Origin: an uncultured Leptospirales bacterium
GTDB lineage: Bacteria > Spirochaetota > UBA4802 > UBA5550
Reading direction: 5' to 3'
Length of the DNA stretch: 64,000 bases
Assembly: GCA_964529965.1 (NCBI GenBank)
Contig: CAZHAD010000001.1
Coordinates: 22,545-86,544 of the forward strand
In this document: positions 39,872 through 49,725 of the stretch, one piece after another
How the letters are laid out: every line of letters begins with the position of its first letter
Numbering within the stretch: the first letter of the stretch is position 1
Translations under genes and position numbers: made by a program
Notes under the pieces: model-generated
Told to the model about the DNA's origin: nothing
Seen by the model: only the letters and a program-made list of their open reading frames with translations
The model's database searches: none

Positions 39872-41914
39872 ATGCCTGTAGCAATTAGCGGATTTTCTGG
39901 CATAGATACTGACGGCGTAGTGCAGAAACTCGTCGAAGTTGAGTCCAGGCCGATCAAACAGCTTGAAATACGCAAGAAAAATTTCAATATCCGCAAGGAC
40001 AGTCTGAAGAATCTGGGCAATGTTCTGGAAGATGTAAACAAAACTGCTAAAAACCTATTCGGAATCAACTCGTCATACGATAACAAGATTGCGGTCTCAT
40101 CCGATCCATCCGTCCTTGAGGCAAGGGCGAGCAGACATGCGGAAGAAGGGATCAGGAAAATAAAGATCATACAGACCGCCACAAGCCATGCCATATCATC
40201 GGATCCCGTACAGGAAGGTGAGAACCTACCGCCTGCAAGGTTCACGATCGAGGTGAACGGAGAGAAGGACGTTGTTGATTTCAAGGGAGGCAGGTTGAAA
40301 GATATAAAGGATGCGATCGAGGAAAGCACCTCAGGGCTCGTTTCGACGTCATATATTAGAAAATCGGGCGACACCTATATTCTCACCATCCAGTCCAAGA
40401 AAACCGGCAAGGCGGGTGAGATTAAAATATCCGGCGGCATGGAAACTTTGAAAAGGATCGGCCTTGTTGATGGAGATAAGAGCATGTCCGGAGACGAAAC
40501 GGCCCTGACATTTTCATCCGATCATTTTGGTGCATACACCGGCGGCATTGACGTCGGATCCGAAAACGGGACAATTTCGGTTTCCCGGGACGGTAAAACG
40601 GTTACCGTTAAAAGCCTTTTGTGGCGAGAGTATTCCTTTCCCGCCGAGATTACGGTAAAAGACGGTATGCAGTTGCAATTCGACGTAAGGTACATCGGAC
40701 GCTCTGATGGTGAGGAAAACGAAGTGCCGCGTTCCCTCAGGATAGGCCCGAGGGAAAAGATAAATATCAAGGGCATAATTCTGGAGGGATATAATGTCAA
40801 CCGTATGCGTAAGTCCCCGGAAAATGAAGAAAGTAAAAAGTATGATAGCTTGTTGGGAGTGGGAATCATAGGCAATAAAGACGGGAAGAGGATTGAAAGG
40901 ATATATCCGCTCGATGCTCACTCGAATAAAAGACAGGTCATCGCCCTGGACAAGGATTTCAAGAGAGGCACGGTGGGTACAATGGTTGTATATTGCAACA
41001 GGGGGCGTGCGGATTTTTCTAATGCCCGTATGGTGGTTCCCCGGAACAAGAAGGGCCTTCTCGCGCTCAAGAACGTGATCTCCAAGCCTCAGGACGCGAA
41101 GGTGTTTGTTGATGGTATTGAGGTCTCCAGGGACAGGAATGAAGGCTTGAACGACATCATCAAAGGCGTGACCCTCAATTTGAAACGCCCCTCGATGAGT
41201 GAGGTCGATCTTCGCATTGATCACAATATTGATGCTGCGGTCGAAAAGATAAGGAAGTTTGTCGACGCCTACAATAAATATCTGGATTTCAACAAGGAGC
41301 TGACAAGAGCGGTAAAGAGCGAAAAGCCGGGAGAATTCGCAAAAACCATTTCTCAAACCGGCCTTTTTATGGGGGATATTACGCTTCTACGTCTTGAGAG
41401 CTCGATGAAGATGACAATAAACAACGCGTACCACAGCAGGGCGGAGAAGCCGATAAAGGTCTTCGCACAGATGGGAGTAAGCACCGGGGCGATTAACGCT
41501 GAATGGAGCACGATACAGTCGGGCAAGCTGATCGTCGACGAGACGCTGCTGAGTAAAACCATCAGGGAGAATCCGGAGGGCGTTGCCATGTTTTTTGGCT
41601 CTGACACCGATGGGGACAACAAGACCGACAACGGTCTGGCCTACAAAGTAATGCAGGTGCTGAAGCCGTATGTGGAGCCGGGAAAGAACATAATCGCATC
41701 GAAGATCGATTTTGAAGAAAATTCCATAAAGCTCGTTGATGAGAACATCAGGCAGAAAGAGGACCATTTGAAAAAATATGAGGAAAAGCTTAAATACAAG
41801 TTCGGCCTGATGGAGCGTGCGATCTCTGAATCCAATCAGAAAAGGCAGTGGATGAAAAACCAGCTTGAAGGCATTTCAGGCAATAATGCGGAAGCTAATA
41901 AAAGTGGAAGATAA
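39872..41914 (+). CDS. fliD: Flagellar filament capping protein FliD (HAP2). Start placed at the second ATG because of RBS spacing.
   Basis: N-terminus ISGFSGIDTDGVVQKLVEVESRPIKQLE. C-terminal coiled coil. 680 aa. Confidence 0.85.
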   Translation: MPVAISGFSGIDTDGVVQKLVEVESRPIKQLEIRKKNFNIRKDSLKNLGNVLEDVNKTAKNLFGINSSYDNKIAVSSDPSVLEARASRHAEEGIRKIKIIQTATSHAISSDPVQEGENLPPARFTIEVNGEKDVVDFKGGRLKDIKDAIEESTSGLVSTSYIRKSGDTYILTIQSKKTGKAGEIKISGGMETLKRIGLVDGDKSMSGDETALTFSSDHFGAYTGGIDVGSENGTISVSRDGKTVTVKSLLWREYSFPAEITVKDGMQLQFDVRYIGRSDGEENEVPRSLRIGPREKINIKGIILEGYNVNRMRKSPENEESKKYDSLLGVGIIGNKDGKRIERIYPLDAHSNKRQVIALDKDFKRGTVGTMVVYCNRGRADFSNARMVVPRNKKGLLALKNVISKPQDAKVFVDGIEVSRDRNEGLNDIIKGVTLNLKRPSMSEVDLRIDHNIDAAVEKIRKFVDAYNKYLDFNKELTRAVKSEKPGEFAKTISQTGLFMGDITLLRLESSMKMTINNAYHSRAEKPIKVFAQMGVSTGAINAEWSTIQSGKLIVDETLLSKTIRENPEGVAMFFGSDTDGDNKTDNGLAYKVMQVLKPYVEPGKNIIASKIDFEENSIKLVDENIRQKEDHLKKYEEKLKYKFGLMERAISESNQKRQWMKNQLEGISGNNAEANKSGR

Positions 41915-41943
41915 CTATTCCCATGAATGTGAAGAGGTGAATC

Positions 41944-42945
41944 ATGCAAGTCATGATCAATGATTGCCCGGTGGATTTTGATGTAGGCACCGGAGAAAAT
42001 GTCTCCGATATCGTCGATGCCGTATCGGGTTGGAGCCGGGAGCGGAATCTCATATTTTACGAATTGTATATCGACGAGAATTTATTCGCGGTCGACAAAT
42101 TGCCCGATGTCAGACTCGATAGGATCAAGATGATTAACTGCATCGTCCAGTCCAAGGCCGATATAGTGTTCTCCTCGATCGACGAGGCTTCCCGTTACTG
42201 CGATAGGGTGGCTGTATTCATACATCAGGCCATGGATGCGGGGGAATGCAGCGGGAAAGACACCGCCGACATGCTCTCCGGCGTATCATGGCTTGTGGAA
42301 GTATTGTCAAAAACCATGAGCCTTTTGGGAGTGGAAGACGGCGCGATCAGGCACAAGGATCATGATGTGGCGTATTACATGAGCGCCCTTGAAAAATTCA
42401 TGGATTTGCTCCGTGAATTCAACGGAGCTCCGGTGCCGGCCTCGGTTCTCTCCGCCCACCGGGAGATGTTTTCGGATATAAAGTTTATTTTTAAGATTTT
42501 TCTTTTAAGCGACGCGATGAAGTCGCTCATTGTCCAGAGCATCGATTCACCGGACGTCCTTATCGCCGCACTTGCCAAGACGAAGGAGGATCTGCCCGAT
42601 CAGCTGATGAATATACGCGATGCCGCAATCGCCTATCAGACGGGGAGGGACCCGGAAGGTGCCGAGCGCCTGAATAATTTTGTCGATTTTATATACCGCT
42701 ATCATAGGACGTGTTATCAGGTCGTGCCGATGTTCCGTATCGAGCTTACCGAGGTGGAGGTTGACGGATTGACCCTCGAGCAGAAGAACAGGATATTGAG
42801 GGACCTCCTCAGTGAGCTCATCACGGTTATGGAGAACAATGATATCATCAGCCTTTCGGATACCCTCGAGTATGAGATCATGCCGGCGCTGGGAAACCTC
42901 GATAAATACATTGACGCGCTGCTAAAAGGAATATCCCGCACGTAA
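41944..42945 (+). CDS. Hypothetical protein in the position where fliS normally sits
   Basis: 333 aa. RBS GAGGTGA. No FliS-like four-helix signature was recognised. Confidence 0.45.
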   Translation: MQVMINDCPVDFDVGTGENVSDIVDAVSGWSRERNLIFYELYIDENLFAVDKLPDVRLDRIKMINCIVQSKADIVFSSIDEASRYCDRVAVFIHQAMDAGECSGKDTADMLSGVSWLVEVLSKTMSLLGVEDGAIRHKDHDVAYYMSALEKFMDLLREFNGAPVPASVLSAHREMFSDIKFIFKIFLLSDAMKSLIVQSIDSPDVLIAALAKTKEDLPDQLMNIRDAAIAYQTGRDPEGAERLNNFVDFIYRYHRTCYQVVPMFRIELTEVEVDGLTLEQKNRILRDLLSELITVMENNDIISLSDTLEYEIMPALGNLDKYIDALLKGISRT

Positions 42946-43161
42946 CCTCATCATCCCGATGAGCATCCTCCTCTGTCTCATCCATTAGATAGTGAGACAT
43001 GATTTTTTGTCTTCAACCCCAAGTTTTTATTGACTTTTTCTTTTGATGAATTTTATGATAAGATCATACTATCACCGCCTATTGATGGAAATGTCTTCCG
43101 GACGCGTGCCGCCGGATTCCGGCTTTCGCATATGACCGCGTATACCAGACAGGGACCGAAT

Positions 43162-44553
43162 ATGGAAAAGAAAGAAAAAAAGAAAAAGCCGTGGGCCGGC
43201 AGGTTTTCAGGCGATTTATCCGACATCGCCGAGAGGATATCCTCTTCGATTCATTTTGATTTCAGGCTGCATCCTTATGATATCCGCGGCTCGGTCGTGC
43301 ACGCGAAAATGCTCAACCGGATAGGTATACTATCGGACCAGGAGCTTTCGCTTATCGTCAACGGACTTAATGAGATCGAGAACGAATTACGAGATGACGG
43401 CTCCGGTTTTTCCGGGTATCTCGAGGACATCCACATGAATATAGAGGCGGAGCTGACCCGGAGGATAGGAGACGCAGGCAAGAAGCTGCATACTGCACGT
43501 TCCCGGAACGATCAGGTGGCCCTGGATATGAGGCTTTATCTGAGGGAGGAGTCCGTCGCCGTCGACGGGCTGATCGGCCGGATGATCGGGCTCCTTGCAG
43601 ATATCGCAGAAAAAAAAATGGACGCGGTTATGCCCGGCTACACACACCTGCAGGTGGCCCAGCCGGTCAGGTTCAGCCATCATCTGCTGGCATACGCGTG
43701 GGGCCTGGTGCGGGACAGGGGCAGGCTGAAGGCGGCCGCGGCGGCGTGCGAAGGGCTTCCGCTCGGTTCAGGGGCATGCGCCGGGGTCAATTATCCGGTC
43801 GATCGGGAATTCATGCGCAAAGAGCTCGGTTTTAAGGAGATCATCCCCAATTCAATGGATGCGGTGAGCGACAGGGATTTCGTGCTCGATTTCCTCTATT
43901 TCGCCTCGGTCTGCGGCACGAGGCTCTCGCGTTTCTGTGAAGAGATCGTTCTCTGGTCATCGGCGGAGTTCGGATTCGTGAGGCTTTCCGATTCGGTTAC
44001 GACCGGCTCGTCCATTATGCCGCAGAAGCGGAACCCGGACATCGCGGAGCTTATCAGGGGCAAATCGGGAAGGCTTGCCGGGAACCTAATCTCGGTGATC
44101 GTTCTTCTCAAAGGGCTTCCGATGGCCTACAACCGTGATTTTCAGGAGGACAAGGAGAGGCTGTTCGATTCGGTCGATACGATAAAGCTCTGCCTCGAGG
44201 GGATGATCGAGATGCTGTCAACCATGACCGTCAATACGGAGCGGATGATCAAGGCGGCCGCCAGGAATTTTTCCACCGCCACCGACATCGCGGATTATCT
44301 CGTCATGAAGGGTGTCCCCTTCAGGGAGTCGCACGAGATCGTGGGTAGGATCGTCAGGTCCTGCGAGGAGAAGAATATCGATTTCTTTTTACTTAAGCCG
44401 GAGGATTTCAGGGAATTTTCCCCGTTGTTCGGAGATGATGTCATCGATGTGGCGGATCCTTTGAAAAGCCCAGAGCGCAAGCTCTCGGCAGGGAGCACCT
44501 CCATGAAGGAGATATCCGCGCAGATCAAGGCCTTGAAACAATTAATCACTTGA
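43162..44553 (+). CDS. argH: Argininosuccinate lyase (start at the internal ATG)
   Basis: WAGRFSG N-terminus, SRNDQVALDMRLY and the fumarate-lyase signature GSSIMPQKRNPD. 463 aa from the refined start. Confidence 0.9.
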   Translation: MEKKEKKKKPWAGRFSGDLSDIAERISSSIHFDFRLHPYDIRGSVVHAKMLNRIGILSDQELSLIVNGLNEIENELRDDGSGFSGYLEDIHMNIEAELTRRIGDAGKKLHTARSRNDQVALDMRLYLREESVAVDGLIGRMIGLLADIAEKKMDAVMPGYTHLQVAQPVRFSHHLLAYAWGLVRDRGRLKAAAAACEGLPLGSGACAGVNYPVDREFMRKELGFKEIIPNSMDAVSDRDFVLDFLYFASVCGTRLSRFCEEIVLWSSAEFGFVRLSDSVTTGSSIMPQKRNPDIAELIRGKSGRLAGNLISVIVLLKGLPMAYNRDFQEDKERLFDSVDTIKLCLEGMIEMLSTMTVNTERMIKAAARNFSTATDIADYLVMKGVPFRESHEIVGRIVRSCEEKNIDFFLLKPEDFREFSPLFGDDVIDVADPLKSPERKLSAGSTSMKEISAQIKALKQLIT

Positions 44554-44599
44554 CAATTTTTTTTACCGGACAAAAAATTTCGCACAATCCGGATGGAAT

Positions 44600-45640
44600 A
44601 TGAATATGAATATGCAACATCACACATTGGCATCTCTCGACTGGAAGAACCTTCCCTTCGATTACGTGAAGACGGATTTCAATATCCGCTATTATTGGAA
44701 AGACGGCAAATGGTCCGGGGGAGATCTGGTATCGGACGAATACCTGCCCCTTCATATGGCGTCCCCCGCGCTTCATTACGGCCAGGAGGCCTTCGAGGGC
44801 CTCAAGGCGTTCAGGACCTCCGACGGGCGTATTGTCGTGTTCCGTCCGACCGAAAACGCCTTGAGGCTGCAGCGGAGTTCCGAGCGGATTTTTATTCCCG
44901 CCGTTTCCGAAGAGATGTTCCTCGACGCGATACGCCGCGTGGTGGATGCAAACAGAAGGTTCGTTCCTCCCTACGGTACGGGAGCGAGCTTGTACATACG
45001 CCCCCTGGTGATCGGCATCGGACCCAGGGTGGGGCTCGGTCCGGCAAGCGAATACCTGTTCATGGTCTTTGTCAATCCCGTCGGCCCGTATTATAAAGGT
45101 GGATTCAAGCCGGTCAAGGCCCTGATCGTGGAGCAGTTCGACAGAACGGCGCCGCTGGGGGTGGGCGACTGCAAGGTGGGAGGCAACTACGCCGCCGGCC
45201 TCGGCGGGGGGCAGTACGGCAAGGACCGCGGGTATCCGGTCGTTCTCTACCTTGATTCGAAGGAAAAGAAATTTATCGACGAGTTCAGCACGTCGAACTT
45301 CATCGCCATAAGGGACAATACCTATATCACCCCGAAATCTCACAGCATTCTGCCGAGCATCACCAACGACAGCCTGTCGATCATAGCCCGGGACATGGGC
45401 ATGATTTTCGAGCGGAGGCCGGTCGAGGTGAGCGAGCTTGAGACCTTCGACGAAGTCGGCGCGGTGGGGACCGCGGCGGTCATTACGCCGGTTAACCTTA
45501 TCCGGTACCGTGACCGGGAGTATATGTTCGGGAGCGGCGACAGCGTCGGTCCGGTGATCACGAAATTGTACGAGCACTTGGTCAATATCCAGACCGGCGA
45601 TTTAGAGGACAGGCACGGCTGGTTGTTCGAGATCGCGTAA
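44600..45640 (+). CDS. ilvE: Branched-chain amino acid aminotransferase (class IV, type II length)
   Basis: HYGQEAFEGLKAFR, GTGASLYIRPLVIG and EVGAVGTAAVITPV motifs. Confidence 0.88.
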   Translation: MNMNMQHHTLASLDWKNLPFDYVKTDFNIRYYWKDGKWSGGDLVSDEYLPLHMASPALHYGQEAFEGLKAFRTSDGRIVVFRPTENALRLQRSSERIFIPAVSEEMFLDAIRRVVDANRRFVPPYGTGASLYIRPLVIGIGPRVGLGPASEYLFMVFVNPVGPYYKGGFKPVKALIVEQFDRTAPLGVGDCKVGGNYAAGLGGGQYGKDRGYPVVLYLDSKEKKFIDEFSTSNFIAIRDNTYITPKSHSILPSITNDSLSIIARDMGMIFERRPVEVSELETFDEVGAVGTAAVITPVNLIRYRDREYMFGSGDSVGPVITKLYEHLVNIQTGDLEDRHGWLFEIA

Positions 45641-45670
45641 GAGTGCGGGTTCCCCCGGATAAAACGACGG

Positions 45671-46369
45671 TTATTTATTTTTCAAATATTTTTTCATCAC
45701 CCCTACCAGCAGGTCCTGGCCGGGCTTGTTGAGATGCACCGGGTCCCTTGCGTACGCCGGATTAAGCCCTCCGTTTTTCAGGAGCTCAGGATACACATCT
45801 ATATAAACCGCACCCTCAATGCCGCATATCCTTTTTAGAACGTTGTTTAAATTTTTGATTTCCTGATTTTTCAGATAAAAATCGGGCTGTACGGGAAGGT
45901 TGCTGATACAATAAATTTTTTTTGTTATGGTTTTAAAATATGAGAGTATGCGGGAATAATTTTTGTCAATAGTTCCGATCGGGATATGTTGCAGGAGATC
46001 GTTCCCGCCGACCAGCATAACGATGATGTCCGGTTTGATGTTATTGATCTCGTCCGCTCTTTTCAAAAGCTCTTCGGTCGTGCTGCCCCTTCTGGAATAA
46101 TTGCAGCACGGTTCGGTAAAATATTCCTGGAAGTTGATCAGCTCCATATTGCTGTCACCTTCGAAAAGCACGCACCCCGCGATGCAGCCGCTCCCGTTGC
46201 TCTGCTCGATTTCCTCGTCATGCAGCCTGAGCTTCTCTTGTAATGTCAAATATCTGCTGCTGCACCCGAGGCCCGCAGCCAGCACAATCATGCCTATAAT
46301 TGCCAGAATTCCCGGCCGCATCATTCTATTTTTAATGTCATACATCCGGGACAATGAATGACCTCTCAT
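45671..46369 (-). CDS. SGNH/GDSL-family hydrolase, probable lipoprotein
   Basis: Signal peptide with Cys (LAAGLGCSS). GDSNM block (FEGDSNMEL). Later GGNDLL and DPVHLN blocks. Confidence 0.7.
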   Translation of the reverse strand: MRGHSLSRMYDIKNRMMRPGILAIIGMIVLAAGLGCSSRYLTLQEKLRLHDEEIEQSNGSGCIAGCVLFEGDSNMELINFQEYFTEPCCNYSRRGSTTEELLKRADEINNIKPDIIVMLVGGNDLLQHIPIGTIDKNYSRILSYFKTITKKIYCISNLPVQPDFYLKNQEIKNLNNVLKRICGIEGAVYIDVYPELLKNGGLNPAYARDPVHLNKPGQDLLVGVMKKYLKNK

Positions 46370-46401
46370 TCGTTATTGAACGCAAGCATATCATAAAATA
46401 T

Positions 46402-46596
46402 TCAGGAGGATGTGACCCTTTCCGCCTGGATTGCAAGATACCTGACCAGTGTTTGCTCGGTGATCACCCCCATGCTTACCAGGATGATTCCTATTAAACC
46501 GCCCTCCTTTTTCTGGATCTCGATCGCCTTGTCGAGCTGTTCCTGTGTTATTTCTTTATTTTCGAGCAGTATTTCACCTAATAAGGGTCTTGCCAT
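46402..46596 (-). CDS. Standalone T2SS-E N-terminal (MshEN-type) domain protein. Start chosen at the ATG behind GGAGG.
   Basis: RPLLGEILLENKEITQEQLDKAIEIQKK....GLIGIILVSMGVITEQTLVRYLAIQ, i.e. two copies of the LG..L(L/V)..G.I....L..AL..Q pattern characteristic of the GspE/MshE N-terminal domain. Confidence 0.6.
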   Translation of the reverse strand: MARPLLGEILLENKEITQEQLDKAIEIQKKEGGLIGIILVSMGVITEQTLVRYLAIQAERVTSS

Positions 46597-46651
46597 GTTG
46601 TTCCTCCACAATGGATTTATCGTAAGGGCAGGTCCCAACCGCTCTTACCTG

Positions 46652-48139
46652 TCAAATCAATAATCGTTTAATTGCGTCATCCCAGAGTTTTATCTGCCGG
46701 TTCCGCTCCGATTGTTTCATACCCGGCGTGTACCTTTTGGAGGTTTTATTGTTCGCCGCCACTTCGCTGATCGATCCATATACCCCACCGGTTATACCCG
46801 CTAGATAGGCGGCCCCCAGCGCGGTCGATTCAGTTATCTCCGGCACCAGGACGGGGATATCAAGAATATCCGCCTGATACTGCATCAAATATCCGTTTTT
46901 TACCGCGCCTCCGTCCACGCGAAGCTCGGGAATGGCTTTACCGGTATCCTGATGCATCGCTTGGACCAGATCCCGGGACTGCAGGGCAATAGATTTTAAC
47001 GCCGCCATGACGATCTCTTCCCTGGTCGTATCCCGCGTGATCCCGAAGATCGCGCCTCGTGCATCCATGTTCCAGTACGGGGCCCCAAGCCCTACGAAGG
47101 CCGGCACCATGACGACCTGGCTTTCCCGGGCCGCCGATTCGGCCATAGCTTCTGAATCCGCGCTCTGCGAAAAAAATTTAAGATAATCCCTGAGCCACTG
47201 CACCACCGCCCCGCCGATGAAGACGGAGCCCTCCAGTGCGTATGCGGGATTCCCTGAGTTATCGCACACGAGCGTGGTGAGGAGTCCGCTGTGGGATATG
47301 GTAAAGGCATCGGCGTTGTTCATGAGTAAAAAGCACCCGGTTCCATAGGTGTTTTTCGAGTCGCCCGCGGCCACGCAGTTCTGTCCCACCATGGCGGCCT
47401 GCTGATCCCCGGCGATTCCGCCGATCATGATGCCGTCGGGAAGGCCCGGAGCATTCATGGTCACTCCGAATTTTGATGCGGATGCTTTAACTTCGGGAAG
47501 CAGGCTCTTGGGTACGGTCAGTATCTCGAGCAGATCCTTGGACCATTCTTTTTTCCGAATATCGTACATGAGCGTCCGCGAAGCGTTGGTGAAATCCGTT
47601 ATGTGGCTTTTGCCCCCGGTCAGGTTCCATACGATCCATGTGTCGATGGTTCCGAAGAGGAGGTTTCCGGATTCTGCGGCTTTTTGGGCGCCCTTGACAT
47701 TGTCAAGCAGCCATTTCACCTTGGTGCCGGAAAAGTACGCGTCTATCCGGAGCCCTGTTTTCTCTCTGAAAATATCTTCATATCCCGCTTTTTTGAGCCC
47801 GTTGCATATGTCCGCGGTGCGGCGGCATTGCCACACGATCGCGTTGTGAAGTGGCTTGCCTGTTTCCTTGTCCCAAAGCAGGGCGGTTTCGCGCTGGTTG
47901 GTTATGCCGATGGCGATCGCGTCGGATGACGAAAGGCTTCCTTTTGCAACGGCCTGGGGTATGAGATCGCCGAGAGAACGCCATATCTCGAGCGGGTCAT
48001 GCTCGACCCAGCCGGGTCGAGGATAATATTGAGTGAATTCTTTATATGCGCTGGACAGAGGAAGTCCATTCTCATCGATGCAGAACACCCGGTTTCCGGT
48101 CGTTCCAAGATCCATGGCAATGATGAATTTTTTGCCCAT
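46652..48139 (-). CDS. glpK: Glycerol kinase
   Basis: IIAMDLGTTGNRVF, YPRPGWVEHDP and full-length FGGY kinase conservation. Confidence 0.92.
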   Translation of the reverse strand: MGKKFIIAMDLGTTGNRVFCIDENGLPLSSAYKEFTQYYPRPGWVEHDPLEIWRSLGDLIPQAVAKGSLSSSDAIAIGITNQRETALLWDKETGKPLHNAIVWQCRRTADICNGLKKAGYEDIFREKTGLRIDAYFSGTKVKWLLDNVKGAQKAAESGNLLFGTIDTWIVWNLTGGKSHITDFTNASRTLMYDIRKKEWSKDLLEILTVPKSLLPEVKASASKFGVTMNAPGLPDGIMIGGIAGDQQAAMVGQNCVAAGDSKNTYGTGCFLLMNNADAFTISHSGLLTTLVCDNSGNPAYALEGSVFIGGAVVQWLRDYLKFFSQSADSEAMAESAARESQVVMVPAFVGLGAPYWNMDARGAIFGITRDTTREEIVMAALKSIALQSRDLVQAMHQDTGKAIPELRVDGGAVKNGYLMQYQADILDIPVLVPEITESTALGAAYLAGITGGVYGSISEVAANNKTSKRYTPGMKQSERNRQIKLWDDAIKRLLI

Positions 48140-48348
48140 CTACCCTCTCCCGCCGTTGGTTTTGAAGAAGCAAACTATTACAGTACGTGCCATGGAACAA
48201 ACGTGTCAATTAAAATTTCGATGATTCTAAAAGTGGCCGTGCGGATTATTATGCGCCGGATTTGCGCGAATGACTTCGGTACCTGCTCATGTGGGCGAAT
48301 TGTTGTACTGCAAATTCGGTCAATTATTATTTGGCCCCGCATATTGTA

Positions 48349-48367
48349 AACATTTTTTAAATGTTTG
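48349..48367. promoter_or_regulatory. Perfect palindrome AAACATTT-ttt-AAATGTTT in the divergent glpK / neuB-like intergenic region
   Basis: 8-bp arms with a 3-bp spacer. About 200 bp upstream of glpK and 300 bp upstream of the neuB-family gene. Confidence 0.3.
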
Positions 48368-48665
48368 TGCACATTGGTTATGAATTATTTTTCCGGCGGT
48401 GAATTTCATAAAAATTAATTTGCTTATACGCACGGCATATTCATTAAATGAAAGCAAAGGACGATAAATAAGTGGTATGTTCTATTTATATTCGTTTATT
48501 AAAAAGGGGATAAGAAAGAAAAGATTGTAGAGATATATTTAGAATTGAGGATGTGTTAGGGGATGGTGCGTTTATTACATGATGTAGTCGATAATATAAA
48601 AATTTGTATAAATTAATCATTTCGAATAGAAAGATTATTATTATGCATAAGCAGGCAATGATTTA

Positions 48666-49706
48666 ATGCTGGAAAATATTGTACAAAGCAATCGCCGCGC
48701 CCTGTATATCGCGGAGATAGGCCTGAATCACAACGGGGACGGGGACATGGCGCGCGTGCTGATATCCGCGGCCTCAAAAGCGGGCGCGGACTTTGTAAAA
48801 TTTCAGACTTTTGTTCCGGAGCTTTTAAGCTCGGTATACACGGACGATCTGCTGTCCACAGGAAGGGAATCCGCACAAAAGACCGACACGATTGATTTTT
48901 TCAGGAGGTTTGTCTTCAGCAAGGAGGAGTACGCCGGACTGAAGTCTTTTGCAGAGGGCCTTCGCGTTAATTTTTTTTCATCCGTGTTTGACATGGAGTC
49001 CCTCGGTCTCCTTGAGGATATCGGAGTATCCCTGTACAAGCTCGCCTCGTCGGAGGTTACCAACCATCGGCTCATACAAGCGGTTGCGGAAACGGGGAAG
49101 CCGGCCATCCTGTCAACGGGCATGTCCTCAGGGGATGAGATCGGCCGGGCGGTCGAGTGCTTCAGGAGGAGCACGGGCGCCGAGCTTATTCTCATGCATT
49201 GCGTGTCGCTCTATCCCACGCTTCCGGACCTGGCCAATCTCGCCCGCATTCAGGGCCTGGCGAAAAGGTTCGGTCTTCCGGTTGGCTTCTCGGATCACAC
49301 GAAAGAGGCAACGGCGCCGGTCATAGCAGCCGCGTGCGGAGCGCGCATCTTCGAAAAGCATTTTACAATTGACAGATTATTTGATTGCCCGGATAAAGAT
49401 ATCTCATGCACGCCTGAGGAATTCGCCGGGATGATCGATTCCGTGGAGAACGCGATAAGGATGATCGGGAGCGGCGCGTTGTCGCCCGGCGACGCCGAAT
49501 CGGCCGCCGCCATGGCGGGAAGGCGGAGCCTGTTTGCCCGGAGGTTTATTCCACGGGGAAAGACGCTTGACCCCGATGACCTGATCGCGCTGCGGCCGGG
49601 CATGGGGATCCCGGCGTACGAGCTGGAAGAAATCGTCGGGAAAAGAACAACGACTGATATTCCCGAACATTTTCTGCTGAGAAGGGAACATCTTCAAGAC
49701 CGGTAG
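48666..49706 (+). CDS. N-acetylneuraminate / pseudaminate / legionaminate synthase family protein (NeuB/PseI/LegI) with a C-terminal SAF domain
   Basis: IAEIGLNHNGD, GADFVKFQTF and the SAF-like C-terminus (LRPGMGIPAYELEEIVGK). Confidence 0.8.
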   Translation: MLENIVQSNRRALYIAEIGLNHNGDGDMARVLISAASKAGADFVKFQTFVPELLSSVYTDDLLSTGRESAQKTDTIDFFRRFVFSKEEYAGLKSFAEGLRVNFFSSVFDMESLGLLEDIGVSLYKLASSEVTNHRLIQAVAETGKPAILSTGMSSGDEIGRAVECFRRSTGAELILMHCVSLYPTLPDLANLARIQGLAKRFGLPVGFSDHTKEATAPVIAAACGARIFEKHFTIDRLFDCPDKDISCTPEEFAGMIDSVENAIRMIGSGALSPGDAESAAAMAGRRSLFARRFIPRGKTLDPDDLIALRPGMGIPAYELEEIVGKRTTTDIPEHFLLRREHLQDR

Positions 49707-49725
49707 GCGGGGGAGAGGTATCATC

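Noticed and set aside
40514-41356. 280-aa minus-strand ORF within fliD, and the 18017-18730 ORF within the MORN gene
   Set aside because: These are shadow ORFs opposite confidently identified genes.
44546-45577. 343-aa minus-strand ORF
   Set aside because: It lies entirely antisense to the strongly supported ilvE gene. The product is Arg/Pro/His-rich and low-complexity, as expected of a GC-rich shadow frame.
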